Positions 36,954-46,452 of a stretch of DNA of 60,251 nucleotides are shown here, one piece after another. Position numbers and translations under genes: made by a program. Location of the stretch: the IMG/VR virus record IMGVR_UViG_3300032257_000013, positions 1-60,251 of that record; one strand, 5' to 3'. The notes beneath the pieces were generated by a model. That model was not told where the DNA came from. It saw nothing but the letters and a program-made list of their open reading frames with translations, and made no database searches. The stretch comes from a virus (Duplodnaviria; Caudoviricetes). Each line of letters starts with the position of its first letter. Position 1 is the first letter of the stretch.

Positions 36954-37289
36954 CTAATTACTACATTGGATCTTGTAATATGATCTTTCAGCATTGCTCT
37001 GGGAGATATATCTGCGCACAGCGCTCCAGTTATAGGCAGACGCTTTGTAAGAGTCCGGGCCTTGGCATACATGCCCATCAATAACGACCACTTTAGGTCG
37101 TTTGAGTGTTAGCGCGTCAGGGGGTGGCGGCGCTATCGTTGTTGGCAGGCTTGCGCGTGGCGGACTCGATATCAGAGAACAGCTTGTCAGTAGCGTCAGC
37201 GCTATGGCTAACAAACCAATCCGGCATATCCACAAGGACTTCGCCAAGGTCACGCCCCTCAAAAACGGCCATTTGCTCCAACTCATCAT
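36954..37289 (-). CDS. o-spanin (Rz1-like lipoprotein); true start probably GTG 37253
   Basis: Lipobox LLTSC, Pro-rich, overlapping the i-spanin in another frame. Confidence 0.75.
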   Translation of the reverse strand: MMSWSKWPFLRGVTLAKSLWICRIGLLAIALTLLTSCSLISSPPRASLPTTIAPPPPDALTLKRPKVVVIDGHVCQGPDSYKASAYNWSAVRRYISQSNAERSYYKIQCSN

Positions 37290-37512
37290 CCCTTGCCTCC
37301 TGGTAAGTGTTACTCAGTTTTGCCATTTCCTGATTTTGCTCGATAGCCTCAAGCTGTGCATTGCGCGAATAAGTATCAAACGCTTCAATAGCCATAGCCT
37401 TTTCTACCCGGGCTTCAAAATATAGCTTGCTCATAAAACCTATCCCAGCAATTAAGCTGGCAATAATTGCCCCAACAATCAAATACACTTTAAATTTTGC
37501 GAGAAATCCCAT
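37117..37512 (-). CDS. i-spanin (Rz-like)
   Basis: N-terminal TM MGFLAKFKVYLIVGAIIASLIAGIG followed by helical periplasmic domain. Confidence 0.7.
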   Translation of the reverse strand: MGFLAKFKVYLIVGAIIASLIAGIGFMSKLYFEARVEKAMAIEAFDTYSRNAQLEAIEQNQEMAKLSNTYQEARDDELEQMAVFEGRDLGEVLVDMPDWFVSHSADATDKLFSDIESATRKPANNDSAATP

Positions 37513-37625
37513 TACATGTATTTCCTTGTTTGATAACCGATGGCGAAACCAAGCCCGCAAGATATAACGCCAATTATTAATAAACTCTCAGAGAACATAG
37601 GCAGCACTCTGAGAGCGCAATCCAT
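37512..37625 (-). CDS. 37-aa membrane peptide in the lysis cassette (not in ORF track)
   Basis: MDCALRVLPMFSESLLIIGVISCGLGFAIGYQTRKYM; TAATG overlaps with both endolysin stop and i-spanin start. Confidence 0.55.
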   Translation of the reverse strand: MDCALRVLPMFSESLLIIGVISCGLGFAIGYQTRKYM

Positions 37626-38032
37626 TACCGACCCCAGCCACCGTGCTCAACCGTGATCGTGAGATCATCAATGTCTTTCGTTAATAGCATGAATTTTTCA
37701 AAGGCTGCGCGACTGGATTGAATCGCTGGAACGCCATTAATTTCGCCAAACTTTTCACCAAGAAGAACACAGCCCTCAGTATCTTTTGCGGTGTTGCCTG
37801 CGTGAAATAATATTTTATCGCGCTGAGGAACGTCGGTTATTTCCCAAGTATTCGGATATTTTGCTGATGAATACCGGCGACACTTATAGGTGCCTGGCAC
37901 GATGCAAGACTCATTGCGCTTGTTATCACGAAAAGGATCTTCAAGCGCGACCATGATAGGCTGGTTGTTGTGAATCAATACTGCAAAGGTGCAGTCAGAT
38001 CGGTAGCAAACTCTACGGAGGATTAGATTCAT
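37625..38032 (-). CDS. Putative endolysin, DUF5675 family
   Basis: LE.P...N....SCI.PGTY, VP.R..IL.H.GN...DTEGC.L.G, SR.AF. Confidence 0.8.
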   Translation of the reverse strand: MNLILRRVCYRSDCTFAVLIHNNQPIMVALEDPFRDNKRNESCIVPGTYKCRRYSSAKYPNTWEITDVPQRDKILFHAGNTAKDTEGCVLLGEKFGEINGVPAIQSSRAAFEKFMLLTKDIDDLTITVEHGGWGR

Positions 38033-38277
38033 CTTTTTCTGATCTCTGTTCGTATATCATAAAGAATTCTATTAGACGCTTTTAGCTGTTCTTCCATTCT
38101 GATGACACGGTTATTAAGCTCTTGAGCAATATTTGCTTTTTCTTCAAGCCTATCAACACGGCTAGTAACCGTTGCCGCCCACCACACAATCCCTACTGTT
38201 TGTATAAATATCGTCAATATTAATGCGATAGGTACACGCTTATCCAAATGCCACCGTGCTTCGTCGTTTACAACCAT
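38029..38277 (-). CDS. Holin-like/antiholin membrane protein
   Basis: WHLDKRVPIALI..Q...WWAA TM plus coiled coil, upstream of endolysin. Confidence 0.6.
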   Translation of the reverse strand: MVVNDEARWHLDKRVPIALILTIFIQTVGIVWWAATVTSRVDRLEEKANIAQELNNRVIRMEEQLKASNRILYDIRTEIRKR

Positions 38278-38556
38278 TTACAGCTCCCTCACTTTGATAT
38301 AAAAATCTGCTTCCCTAGTCGGGCTTTTGTCTGTAACAAACACAATCGTTACTTTGTATGTTGTTTTATCGACGCCGCCTGCAACTCTGTTCTGAACGAT
38401 TTGCCCGCTAATTGCCGACGCGCCCGGAAAGGTAAGCACACCAGTCGCTTCGGTTATCGAAGTAATGCCGGTAATAACTTCACCGGCTCTAAGCACGCTA
38501 GAACAGTCAAAATCGACCAGCATATCTTCGGATGGTTGTTTAACAACTATTTTCAT
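38278..38556 (-). CDS. Small Ig-like virion accessory protein
   Basis: KQP.E....FD....L..GE.I...V.GG....YKVT...T. Confidence 0.55.
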   Translation of the reverse strand: MKIVVKQPSEDMLVDFDCSSVLRAGEVITGITSITEATGVLTFPGASAISGQIVQNRVAGGVDKTTYKVTIVFVTDKSPTREADFYIKVREL

Positions 38557-39923
38557 TATCCCGCCTTATATCCTCGTTTGGTCGTTGTGGCTGCATAGCC
38601 TCTTGTGTTCGTTGTTGACGTATAGCTTCGACTGATTGGCACAACCTTTGTTTTATTGCCGTCAATAAACCCAGCGCTTAGATACGCATTGCAGGTGAAT
38701 GATCCAGTTGGTGTAGCCTTTAGAATTGCGTCAGCAAAAAACGATGATGAATTAAGCAAGCCAGACAAGAACGCATCAACACTGAACCCCTGCGCCATCG
38801 TCTTTTTCAGAACACTATCGGTAAGCACCGAGCCAATACGTTCAATGGAAAGGATAGAATCTGTTGTAATAACGCCGGAAAGCGCTTTACTCAGAATGGC
38901 GTCAACACTGAGGTTTGTTGCGATAGTTTTTGTCAGCAACGCATCAGTAGTGATTGATCCTGATACCTGCTTAAATAAGATCGCGTCAGCAGAATACGAC
39001 CCGGAGAGCGTCTTCGTTATGATGGCGTTAGCGGTGAACGATCCATTTATACGCTGTTGCGCCGTCAGGTAAGCGTCAAGCAAAAATGCCGCAGTAATAT
39101 CGACTTTCTTAATGGCAGCATCAGACGTAAAACTTGACGCCACAGATCCTTTTAGGATGGCATCAGCAGTAGCGCTCGAAGAAACTATTGAGGCTAATGT
39201 TGCATCAGCAGTCACGCTGGAGGAAACCGACCCTTTTAATGCTGAGTCAGCAGTTAGTGACTGCGTGACATCCGCTTTCTTAATAACCGAATTGACGGAA
39301 AATGTGCCAGATATAATACCTAAGAGAACACTATCGGATGTTACTGCACCCGTATTCTCTTTGTTCAAAGTGGCATCAGCAGTAAATGACGCCTGAATAC
39401 CGAGTTTTAATATTGCATCGGCAATCAAGGTATCGGGTATGCCGATCTTCTTGAGAGCACCATTTGTCAGGAACGTATTTAATACGCCGACCTTCAGCGC
39501 GGCATCTGAAGTAAACGAACCGCTTTGTACAAGCTTCAGTGCCGCGTCAGAAGTAAAGGCCCCTGATATATTGGCGGCCTTTAATATGGCATCAGCAAGC
39601 GCCGTATATGAAGCTGTGCCTTTGATAACAGCATCAGACAATAGCGCTGCAGTAACAGACTTCAGTAATATTGAATCAGCCGTATATGATCCAGTTATGC
39701 CTTTTAAAAGCGCCGAGTCTGTTGTGATTGCCCCGGCTATATCGGCCTTTTTAAGAGCAGCATCACCTGTAATCGCGCCTTGAACAGCCTTCTTCAGAAT
39801 CGAATCAGTTGAAATGCTACCAGGCAACGTTTTAAGAAGAATGGCATCAGACGTTACCGAGCCCGTTACAGTCGTTATGCTGTTACTGTAATAAGTACCC
39901 GCACCTCTTCTACGACGCGGCAC
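38556..39923 (-). CDS. Repetitive fibre-like protein (about 14-15 aa TADAILK repeats)
   Basis: Many tandem (G/S)x(F/I)T(A/S)D(A/S)(I/A)LK units. Confidence 0.65.
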   Translation of the reverse strand: MPRRRRGAGTYYSNSITTVTGSVTSDAILLKTLPGSISTDSILKKAVQGAITGDAALKKADIAGAITTDSALLKGITGSYTADSILLKSVTAALLSDAVIKGTASYTALADAILKAANISGAFTSDAALKLVQSGSFTSDAALKVGVLNTFLTNGALKKIGIPDTLIADAILKLGIQASFTADATLNKENTGAVTSDSVLLGIISGTFSVNSVIKKADVTQSLTADSALKGSVSSSVTADATLASIVSSSATADAILKGSVASSFTSDAAIKKVDITAAFLLDAYLTAQQRINGSFTANAIITKTLSGSYSADAILFKQVSGSITTDALLTKTIATNLSVDAILSKALSGVITTDSILSIERIGSVLTDSVLKKTMAQGFSVDAFLSGLLNSSSFFADAILKATPTGSFTCNAYLSAGFIDGNKTKVVPISRSYTSTTNTRGYAATTTKRGYKAG

Positions 39924-40257
39924 GGATAGCCTCCATAAAATGCCTTATGAAGTCAGGAACAAACGATGGTTGCGGGGCAATCTCTACGGTGCCATTTGGA
40001 TATACCCAGGCACCGCCAAGGTGATACAGCCGGAACAGCTCGCCAACATCGGTATTCCCGACAACCCTTGATAGATAATCAAACTCACCGTCAAAGACTT
40101 TAGTGGTAAGGGTGGGCATGCCGATATCATTAGGAACGAGCGTAAACTGTCCGTCACCTATAATATCGTCCACCCACCCCTTTGCCTCGCCTAAGACGAT
40201 AAGCAGCTCATCGCCATTGTCAGGCTTCCATACAGCTTTGTAGGTGATCGGAATCAT
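39910..40257 (-). CDS. Hypothetical protein
   Basis: TAATG-coupled ORF. Confidence 0.55.
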   Translation of the reverse strand: MIPITYKAVWKPDNGDELLIVLGEAKGWVDDIIGDGQFTLVPNDIGMPTLTTKVFDGEFDYLSRVVGNTDVGELFRLYHLGGAWVYPNGTVEIAPQPSFVPDFIRHFMEAIRAAS

Positions 40258-40754
40258 TACAGCTCGTCGTAACTGTAATTGAGTGATTCCTGTGTGACAT
40301 TACCCTGAACAGCAGTAGTGCCAACAGCCATTTGAAGAACCAGCGCATCGGTAGTTGCGTTCAATGCAGAAAGCTGACCAGCGTGCCAAGCCAATTTTGC
40401 GCCCGATACATACGTTGTTCCGTCTGTCGTGGCTATCGTTGAAACGGTAGCAATAGGTGTCACACCCGCCGCATTCGTTCCAACATTAATCCCAACGCCA
40501 GTATCAAACGCGCCATCCGTCCAGAACTGGAAATTTTGAACATAGTTATCAGGAACCACTGCGATCTTCGCCCTGATCCATTTTTCAAAACTATAATTCG
40601 TGCCAGCCGCAGGAATCGTGACGGGGTTAGCCTGACGGTTTGCCAAGCTATTTGTTGCATTATCTGCCGAAATTAAATCAATACCAGTAACCGCAGCGCT
40701 CTCGGTTGCGGCATTGGCCCCTGTAAATACATGAAGGTTTACTGTAGCAACCAT
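40257..40754 (-). CDS. Putative virion structural protein
   Basis: Beta-rich, IPAAGTNYSFEKW and YSYDE patterns; AGAGGA RBS. Confidence 0.6.
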   Translation of the reverse strand: MVATVNLHVFTGANAATESAAVTGIDLISADNATNSLANRQANPVTIPAAGTNYSFEKWIRAKIAVVPDNYVQNFQFWTDGAFDTGVGINVGTNAAGVTPIATVSTIATTDGTTYVSGAKLAWHAGQLSALNATTDALVLQMAVGTTAVQGNVTQESLNYSYDEL

Positions 40755-40779
40755 CGTCTTTCCTCTTAGTTATTGACAC

Positions 40780-40801
40780 AAAAAAACCGGCATATAGCCG
40801 G
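40780..40801 (-). terminator. Intrinsic terminator after the secreted-protein module
   Basis: CCGGC-loop-GCCGG followed by T7 on minus strand. Confidence 0.7.
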
Positions 40802-40827
40802 CTGCGATTCCCCTTCAGTAAAAATAT

Positions 40828-41670
40828 TTAATAAATAATAACTTTACAGGTTGTTTCAGGCGCACCCGCTAACGCCCCCACCCATGAATAAACATCGCCT
40901 GACTTGCTGTCCACCTCGACCATAAACCCCTCATAACTACACGCCCCTTGATCGGGGTTCTCTGTAGCTGATGGGAACGCTAATAACCGCTTGTTACCAA
41001 CAGCGCTATCAAGTATGTCCCACGCAGCAGACAACTCAGCCGATGTGATCGATGTTGTTGATGATGCGGTGATTGCATAAGCCTTACCTTCAAAAGCATC
41101 ATTCTTAACGTCAAAAACATAAGCCTGTGTTTTTCCTGTCGATGCAATATCAATAACATCAGCAAAACATCGATCACCATCCGCTGGCCCCGATATTGTC
41201 CATGTATAAGCATAGTGAGGTTTGAAAAGTTTGAATGTTTCTGTGCCAACAGAATAAGGCACTTCAGGGGCAAACGTTAGCGTGTCAGTTGATGCCACAA
41301 AATCGGTGACAATAGCCTCAAGACCATTATTACTACCGCTGGTAAATTTTAAAATATACCCGTTCCAATAATCATCTGCTTCAGTTAGTGCAGTATCGAC
41401 AAGCGTGGTCGTTGAGCCGCTGTCGGCTGTGCTGGTATTCGCTGCCGTTTTTAACGCTACGGCTTGATGGGTTAAATGATCCGTCCATGTAGTGCCATCT
41501 GTACATGAAATATTTAGTTCTAGCGCAGTTGGTTCGGTAGGCGTTCCGGTGTTTGATTTAAAAAAGGTATTAACCGTTACTTTATCGGTTGTGGCATACG
41601 AGCCTAAATAAACATCGGCGTTCGCTATAAAAGAGAATGCCAGCAATAATACTGCCACTAATAGTTTCAT
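40828..41670 (-). CDS. Signal-peptide-bearing protein with virion-type beta domains
   Basis: MKLLVAVLLLAFSFIANA cleavable signal; SGSTTTLVDT.L..ADDYWNG..L.FTSG..G....TDF domain. Confidence 0.7.
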   Translation of the reverse strand: MKLLVAVLLLAFSFIANADVYLGSYATTDKVTVNTFFKSNTGTPTEPTALELNISCTDGTTWTDHLTHQAVALKTAANTSTADSGSTTTLVDTALTEADDYWNGYILKFTSGSNNGLEAIVTDFVASTDTLTFAPEVPYSVGTETFKLFKPHYAYTWTISGPADGDRCFADVIDIASTGKTQAYVFDVKNDAFEGKAYAITASSTTSITSAELSAAWDILDSAVGNKRLLAFPSATENPDQGACSYEGFMVEVDSKSGDVYSWVGALAGAPETTCKVIIY

Positions 41671-44600
41671 TGGTAATACTCCGCAGGGTTTTGAGCTTTT
41701 TTATATGCTTCAGAAATAACTTTATTTCCTTCTGCATTTGGGTGAACTTTATCAGTCCAGATTAATCCATCAATGTGCTGCATTTCACGGTGTATATCGG
41801 CAAGTTTTACGCTTGGGTATTCTGCAACAACATCAGCAAGTACGGCATTATTTCTATGAACTAAGCTATCAGACCCCTTTTTACAAGCCGCACCTGTAAA
41901 GTATGCAGCTTTGACATGGGCAATATTCCCCACCATCACTTCAGTATTTGGGAAAAGTGTTGTTGCATACGTCAGTACAGACCGCCATCTGTGCTTAAAC
42001 CAAGGCTCATCCGTGTAATTCTCACATGCAAACCCGTTTATGCTTGATATAAGCAGCAATTTATTAGGTTTATCGCCGAGCAAATATTTAGACATTTGAG
42101 AAAGCATGTGGTCTTGCTCGCGCCCACCAAGGCCATGATTAACCTCAGTCAAACCATAATCATTAGCAAGCAATGTGCTGAATCTGCTTGATTGACGTTC
42201 GCCCATCGCTGGCAATGTCCCGCCTACTACAAGCGAGTCACCATAGGCTGCAAGCGTTTTCACTGCGGCATTAGGAATCACGGCGGTGGTCAGCGTTGTG
42301 ACCCCTTCAAGAATAACGTTGCTCGTGCTTGTAGTCGTCACTCGTATTGTGTGCGCTCCACACTCAGGATCGCTATAAAGCAATAATGGTACGCCGTAAT
42401 AAGGAACTTGATCGCTGTACTCGTTGCTGGTGTCAATTGTCAACAACGTGCCAGCATCCACTTTTACATCGATAGAGCCTTTGCCTGTGTCGGTAGTGAA
42501 CATGCCATAAAAAGCACACCCTGTATCCGTCCATTCCGCATATTCACCAGAAGCAGAAACGCTTTCTGCATCCCCTTTGTAATAATTTGCATTTGTAGAT
42601 GTTGACCAACCAGCAGAATAAGTAATCGCAACGTCGTCACTGTTCATTTTACTTTCAGGAGTGGTTGCTTCTTCGATAATCAACTCACCAAAACCAAAAT
42701 AATGCGTGTGGTTATACGTTGGAGTAAAACTTGCTGCCGATGCAAAGTCACCTGTATTGTTTGTGTACATTCTTGCGTTTGCGGCTGTTGCGCCACCCGC
42801 GTTTGCCGTCATAGATGGGTTCTGGTCTTGTGCCGCATCATCAAAATATCGACTAACAAAGTATGTTGCGTCTCTGTCGATTTCCATTTGAACTGCATCG
42901 GAAGTTAATGTGCTGGCGGCTGCAATGGTTCCAGCAGCACTCCCACTAAAAAACAATTGTCTATTTGGGCCATCACATTCGGCTGTTTCAGAAGCGTTAA
43001 TGCCTTTGCATATATACGCGCTTGCAATCTTAGTATTTTCACTGCCGCTGGGTGCGCCAATAAATTTAACCTTTACATTTTGCGTTGTACCACCAAGATT
43101 ATGCGCATCATAAAATCCAGTCTTAATGACTTCTCTGAAGGTTACGCCGTTATTGCCGCCCGTAGCCGACCCATCATATCCTACTGGAAACTCATTAAGA
43201 TAATCATACGCAACAACATCCAGGCCAAGTGTTTTTGGTGAGGTAAAAAGACCTGATTCAGCGCCTTTTTCTGTACAACCTGCGTTTAAGCATGGCAGTA
43301 CACTCGCACAAACTAGCTGTTTGTCGTTTAAAGAACTATAAGTCTGCGGTGATGTTGCTGGATCAGTTGAGGCGGTATAACTGGCCGAGCCACAATCTTT
43401 ATTAGCATCGCTAAAATAAGTAATGTAATGGTCAACAGAAAGATTTGACCCATCCCATTTAGTCGTAACGCTTGAACTGGAATCAACAATATATTGATAA
43501 TCTTTAACCCGTGGCAAATACTCAGTTTCGACATGGGCATCGTTCCATAATCCAGCGCTATCGACCACATGAGCTTCAATACAATGCGGGGTGCTGCTAT
43601 TGATGCTGGATAGTGAAACGCTTGTTCCCGCATCGTTGCCCCAGATCAAAGCGTTGCTTAAAGTAAGATCGTAAGTCCCTTGCCCATCTGTTGCTGTTGT
43701 AGTCGCAGCATCATCACTATAAAAGTGATAGCTTGCTATATCGCTCGTACCGTCATTAATAACAGCTTTATAAATCCGCCCATCATGAACTGTTCCGCTT
43801 GGTGTAATGGCTCTTGCGCCTAACCTAAAATCGCTTTGCGTTCCGGTTGCCCATGCGCCTGTTTCAGTGGCATCCAGTGACGACCCCACAAGCGTTCCGT
43901 TTGTTAAATCAAATAAATATAAATTTTGACCACCACCTCCCCATTCAGCAACCAGCCTGTAAACAGTATTTATCGCCCATGTAATTGAGCTGATAGTACG
44001 TGTAGTCGTTGTGCCTGCATTTTCTTTAACAAACTGTAAATCATAAGTGGTGGCTACAGTTTTTATTTCAATTTGATTGTCGTTATCGCTTCGCTTACCA
44101 ATCAAATAACCCACTGGTGTTGTACTGTCTACATCAAAATCAACGGTAGTTACGCCATCGCTAGGTGGCGTGTCCAGAAGCGTTGCTTGCGTTCCGTAAT
44201 ATAATGCGTTTGGGTATAAATATTGGTGACGGCTGCTTACGTAGCTATGAATGTGCGGATTAACATCGCCGTTGCATGTCGCGCCCACTCTTGGCGCATA
44301 ATATGTTCGCAGGTCGGTAACTTCATCATCGCCAGCCGTGACACACACCGCATCAGAGTCGGGGCCGCAGGTAGCAAGAACAGGGTTTATGGTTACATCA
44401 ATATTTGTGGTCGATGTGCTAACAGCAGATTGTATTCCGGCAGCTGGAAACAAATTACTGTCAGACCACGACGGTGGGTTGAATGTCGTGAGTGTTGCTT
44501 CAACTTCAACTGTGTTGCTATCAAGATCACCCGCGTCATCGACAAGGTGAGCTTCTAAGCAAAGCGTCGTATCCAGCTCATCAACAAGTGCTGTGACGGT

Positions 44601-45524
44601 GGTTTCATCAGATAAAGAATTGATCGCGGAATTTGAAAGCGTCCATGAATTATCTGCTTCATCTGTTAATGTTGTGCCGCTGGTATAGCCGGGTTTTATC
44701 CTTGACAGTAATATCTTGTTATCGCTGGTCGTATCCCAAACAGCAAAGTTACGGATTTCACCTTCAAAATTATGGACAATGCTTGGTGTGCCAGTCATCC
44801 AGGCACCTAATACAAACTCTCTATCCGACCCATCAGCAGGGGCTAACCCATCAGGATCAGACATTATTTCAACACCGTCTATTTTGACGCTGAAACCTTT
44901 TTGCCCCCAGATATATTCAAGCAAATACCAAGTGCCACCAGTCCATGATGTTTGTGCTGAAGAATATGTTACTGCTGTGCCACCAGAATATTTCCTAGCG
45001 TACAGCTTCCCATCTGTCGAACTAAGGTAAACGTCAAAGAAATCACCTGACAGATTTGTTTTACCAAATATCCTATTGGTAGTACCTCTGGTGGAATCAA
45101 ATGTTGAGTGTTGCTTAAATTCCAGCTCAACAATTCCAGAGCTGGGTACGACATCCAATAACGTTGCTTGCTGGATATCATAGGTTCCAGCAAAGTCTAA
45201 AACACGAATTGATGAATCATGGTAGTGAGCTGTCGATGTGTCTACTACATCGTCAGTGCCGCATGTTTGTGTACCTTTGGTTGCGTAATAAACACGCAGC
45301 GCATCAAGATTACCCGTTCTACACGCTAACCCACCACTGCCGCCAAGTTGATCACAATTATCCCCTGCTGGCTGAACATTAAGCGTAACGCTGTTTTTAT
45401 CTACTGTTATTCCGGCACTTTGAGCGCCAGCAGTATATGTGCCGTTTGAATACCATACGGGTGCGGCTTGTGTGATTACAGAAAAAGATAGCAGTAAAAT
45501 GAAAATTAATAGCTTATTTATCAT
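41667..45524 (-). CDS. 1285-aa signal-peptide protein: two FN3-like/LamG-like modules and a C-terminal SGNH (GDSL) hydrolase
   Basis: MINKLLIFILLLSFSVITQA signal; GDS, GLGG, N, DKVHPN blocks; duplicated LR.YYA..C / C.EAH.VD.AG modules. Confidence 0.75.
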   Translation of the reverse strand: MINKLLIFILLLSFSVITQAAPVWYSNGTYTAGAQSAGITVDKNSVTLNVQPAGDNCDQLGGSGGLACRTGNLDALRVYYATKGTQTCGTDDVVDTSTAHYHDSSIRVLDFAGTYDIQQATLLDVVPSSGIVELEFKQHSTFDSTRGTTNRIFGKTNLSGDFFDVYLSSTDGKLYARKYSGGTAVTYSSAQTSWTGGTWYLLEYIWGQKGFSVKIDGVEIMSDPDGLAPADGSDREFVLGAWMTGTPSIVHNFEGEIRNFAVWDTTSDNKILLSRIKPGYTSGTTLTDEADNSWTLSNSAINSLSDETTVTALVDELDTTLCLEAHLVDDAGDLDSNTVEVEATLTTFNPPSWSDSNLFPAAGIQSAVSTSTTNIDVTINPVLATCGPDSDAVCVTAGDDEVTDLRTYYAPRVGATCNGDVNPHIHSYVSSRHQYLYPNALYYGTQATLLDTPPSDGVTTVDFDVDSTTPVGYLIGKRSDNDNQIEIKTVATTYDLQFVKENAGTTTTRTISSITWAINTVYRLVAEWGGGGQNLYLFDLTNGTLVGSSLDATETGAWATGTQSDFRLGARAITPSGTVHDGRIYKAVINDGTSDIASYHFYSDDAATTTATDGQGTYDLTLSNALIWGNDAGTSVSLSSINSSTPHCIEAHVVDSAGLWNDAHVETEYLPRVKDYQYIVDSSSSVTTKWDGSNLSVDHYITYFSDANKDCGSASYTASTDPATSPQTYSSLNDKQLVCASVLPCLNAGCTEKGAESGLFTSPKTLGLDVVAYDYLNEFPVGYDGSATGGNNGVTFREVIKTGFYDAHNLGGTTQNVKVKFIGAPSGSENTKIASAYICKGINASETAECDGPNRQLFFSGSAAGTIAAASTLTSDAVQMEIDRDATYFVSRYFDDAAQDQNPSMTANAGGATAANARMYTNNTGDFASAASFTPTYNHTHYFGFGELIIEEATTPESKMNSDDVAITYSAGWSTSTNANYYKGDAESVSASGEYAEWTDTGCAFYGMFTTDTGKGSIDVKVDAGTLLTIDTSNEYSDQVPYYGVPLLLYSDPECGAHTIRVTTTSTSNVILEGVTTLTTAVIPNAAVKTLAAYGDSLVVGGTLPAMGERQSSRFSTLLANDYGLTEVNHGLGGREQDHMLSQMSKYLLGDKPNKLLLISSINGFACENYTDEPWFKHRWRSVLTYATTLFPNTEVMVGNIAHVKAAYFTGAACKKGSDSLVHRNNAVLADVVAEYPSVKLADIHREMQHIDGLIWTDKVHPNAEGNKVISEAYKKAQNPAEYYQ

Positions 45525-45817
45525 TGACCGATGATACCCTTTTCAGCCTGACCGTTCTTCACCTTCTCTATTGTTCGACCAAATATATAAGACACTGGAT
45601 ATGTCAGTAGAAGCCCTAGCACCCATTCGTTAATACTCACTGAAATCAAAACCGCGTCGCCCGGGATGTCAGTTTTATACTGAATAAGAGCGTTAATAAC
45701 AGGAATGACCATTTCAACTGCCGTGATATACGCAAGCGAAAAATTGACAAGCCTCATTGCCAACTTTGGACGCAACAATGCTTTTACCTGGTCTTCAGTC
45801 ATACTTTTTAAGTTCAT
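45521..45817 (-). CDS. Two-TM holin-like membrane protein
   Basis: Two hydrophobic segments ending in YIFGRTIEKVK, as in 3TM-type holins. Confidence 0.55.
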   Translation of the reverse strand: MNLKSMTEDQVKALLRPKLAMRLVNFSLAYITAVEMVIPVINALIQYKTDIPGDAVLISVSINEWVLGLLLTYPVSYIFGRTIEKVKNGQAEKGIIGQ

Positions 45818-46443
45818 TTACTTGCCTCCGCCTGACTCTTCAGGCCAAGCGTTTGTAAAAACGTGTTGTAGTAACTGCCAGATTTTGCTGCACTACTTTC
45901 AGCTGAATCTTTCGCATAAGCGCGTGACAGGACGTATAAATACAGAGCGTCCTTATAGATGTCGTCCAGGGTAATCGCTACACCGATGGCAACGTCTGCG
46001 GGATCTGCGGTATAAACTAGATCAACCCAGCCCATGCCGGACGCAGGCTGAGGCGGTGAAACATAGAAAGCCTTGGGATCTTCATCGATCAGCATGTATT
46101 CATCGACAACGGCGTTTGCGGTATCGGTATGCCAATCAGGGTTTGCAAGATCAAGCTGGCCCATGTTGCCCATGCTGATTGCCTTGCCAATAACGGCACC
46201 GGTTCCCATGTTGCGCGTTAAGCGCTGAAACCAAACACCATCGGCAGGCAATGATTGCTTAGTACCGGCGGCAAGCTGAACAGCCGTGTTTTTCACATAG
46301 GCATCATGCTTAACAATAACGATATGACTTTGACCATCGTTCAGATAGCCAAGTAATTCGTCTGCAGCCCATCGATCATTGGTATCATCGAGCAACGTCT
46401 TTTCAGCGTCGTCGACGATTGTTTGTGCGAGGATTGTTCCCAT
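45814..46443 (-). CDS. Tail tubular/adaptor protein (DUF6682-like)
   Basis: L.D....RW...EL..YLND.Q, L.AGTKQ.LP, FYV.PP, RAY.KD. Confidence 0.75.
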   Translation of the reverse strand: MGTILAQTIVDDAEKTLLDDTNDRWAADELLGYLNDGQSHIVIVKHDAYVKNTAVQLAAGTKQSLPADGVWFQRLTRNMGTGAVIGKAISMGNMGQLDLANPDWHTDTANAVVDEYMLIDEDPKAFYVSPPQPASGMGWVDLVYTADPADVAIGVAITLDDIYKDALYLYVLSRAYAKDSAESSAAKSGSYYNTFLQTLGLKSQAEASK

Positions 46444-46452
46444 GATGACCTA

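Noticed and set aside
32946-45524. Diversity-generating retroelement or invertible tail cassette
   Set aside because: No reverse transcriptase or invertase, and no TR/VR pair or inverted crossover sites were seen.
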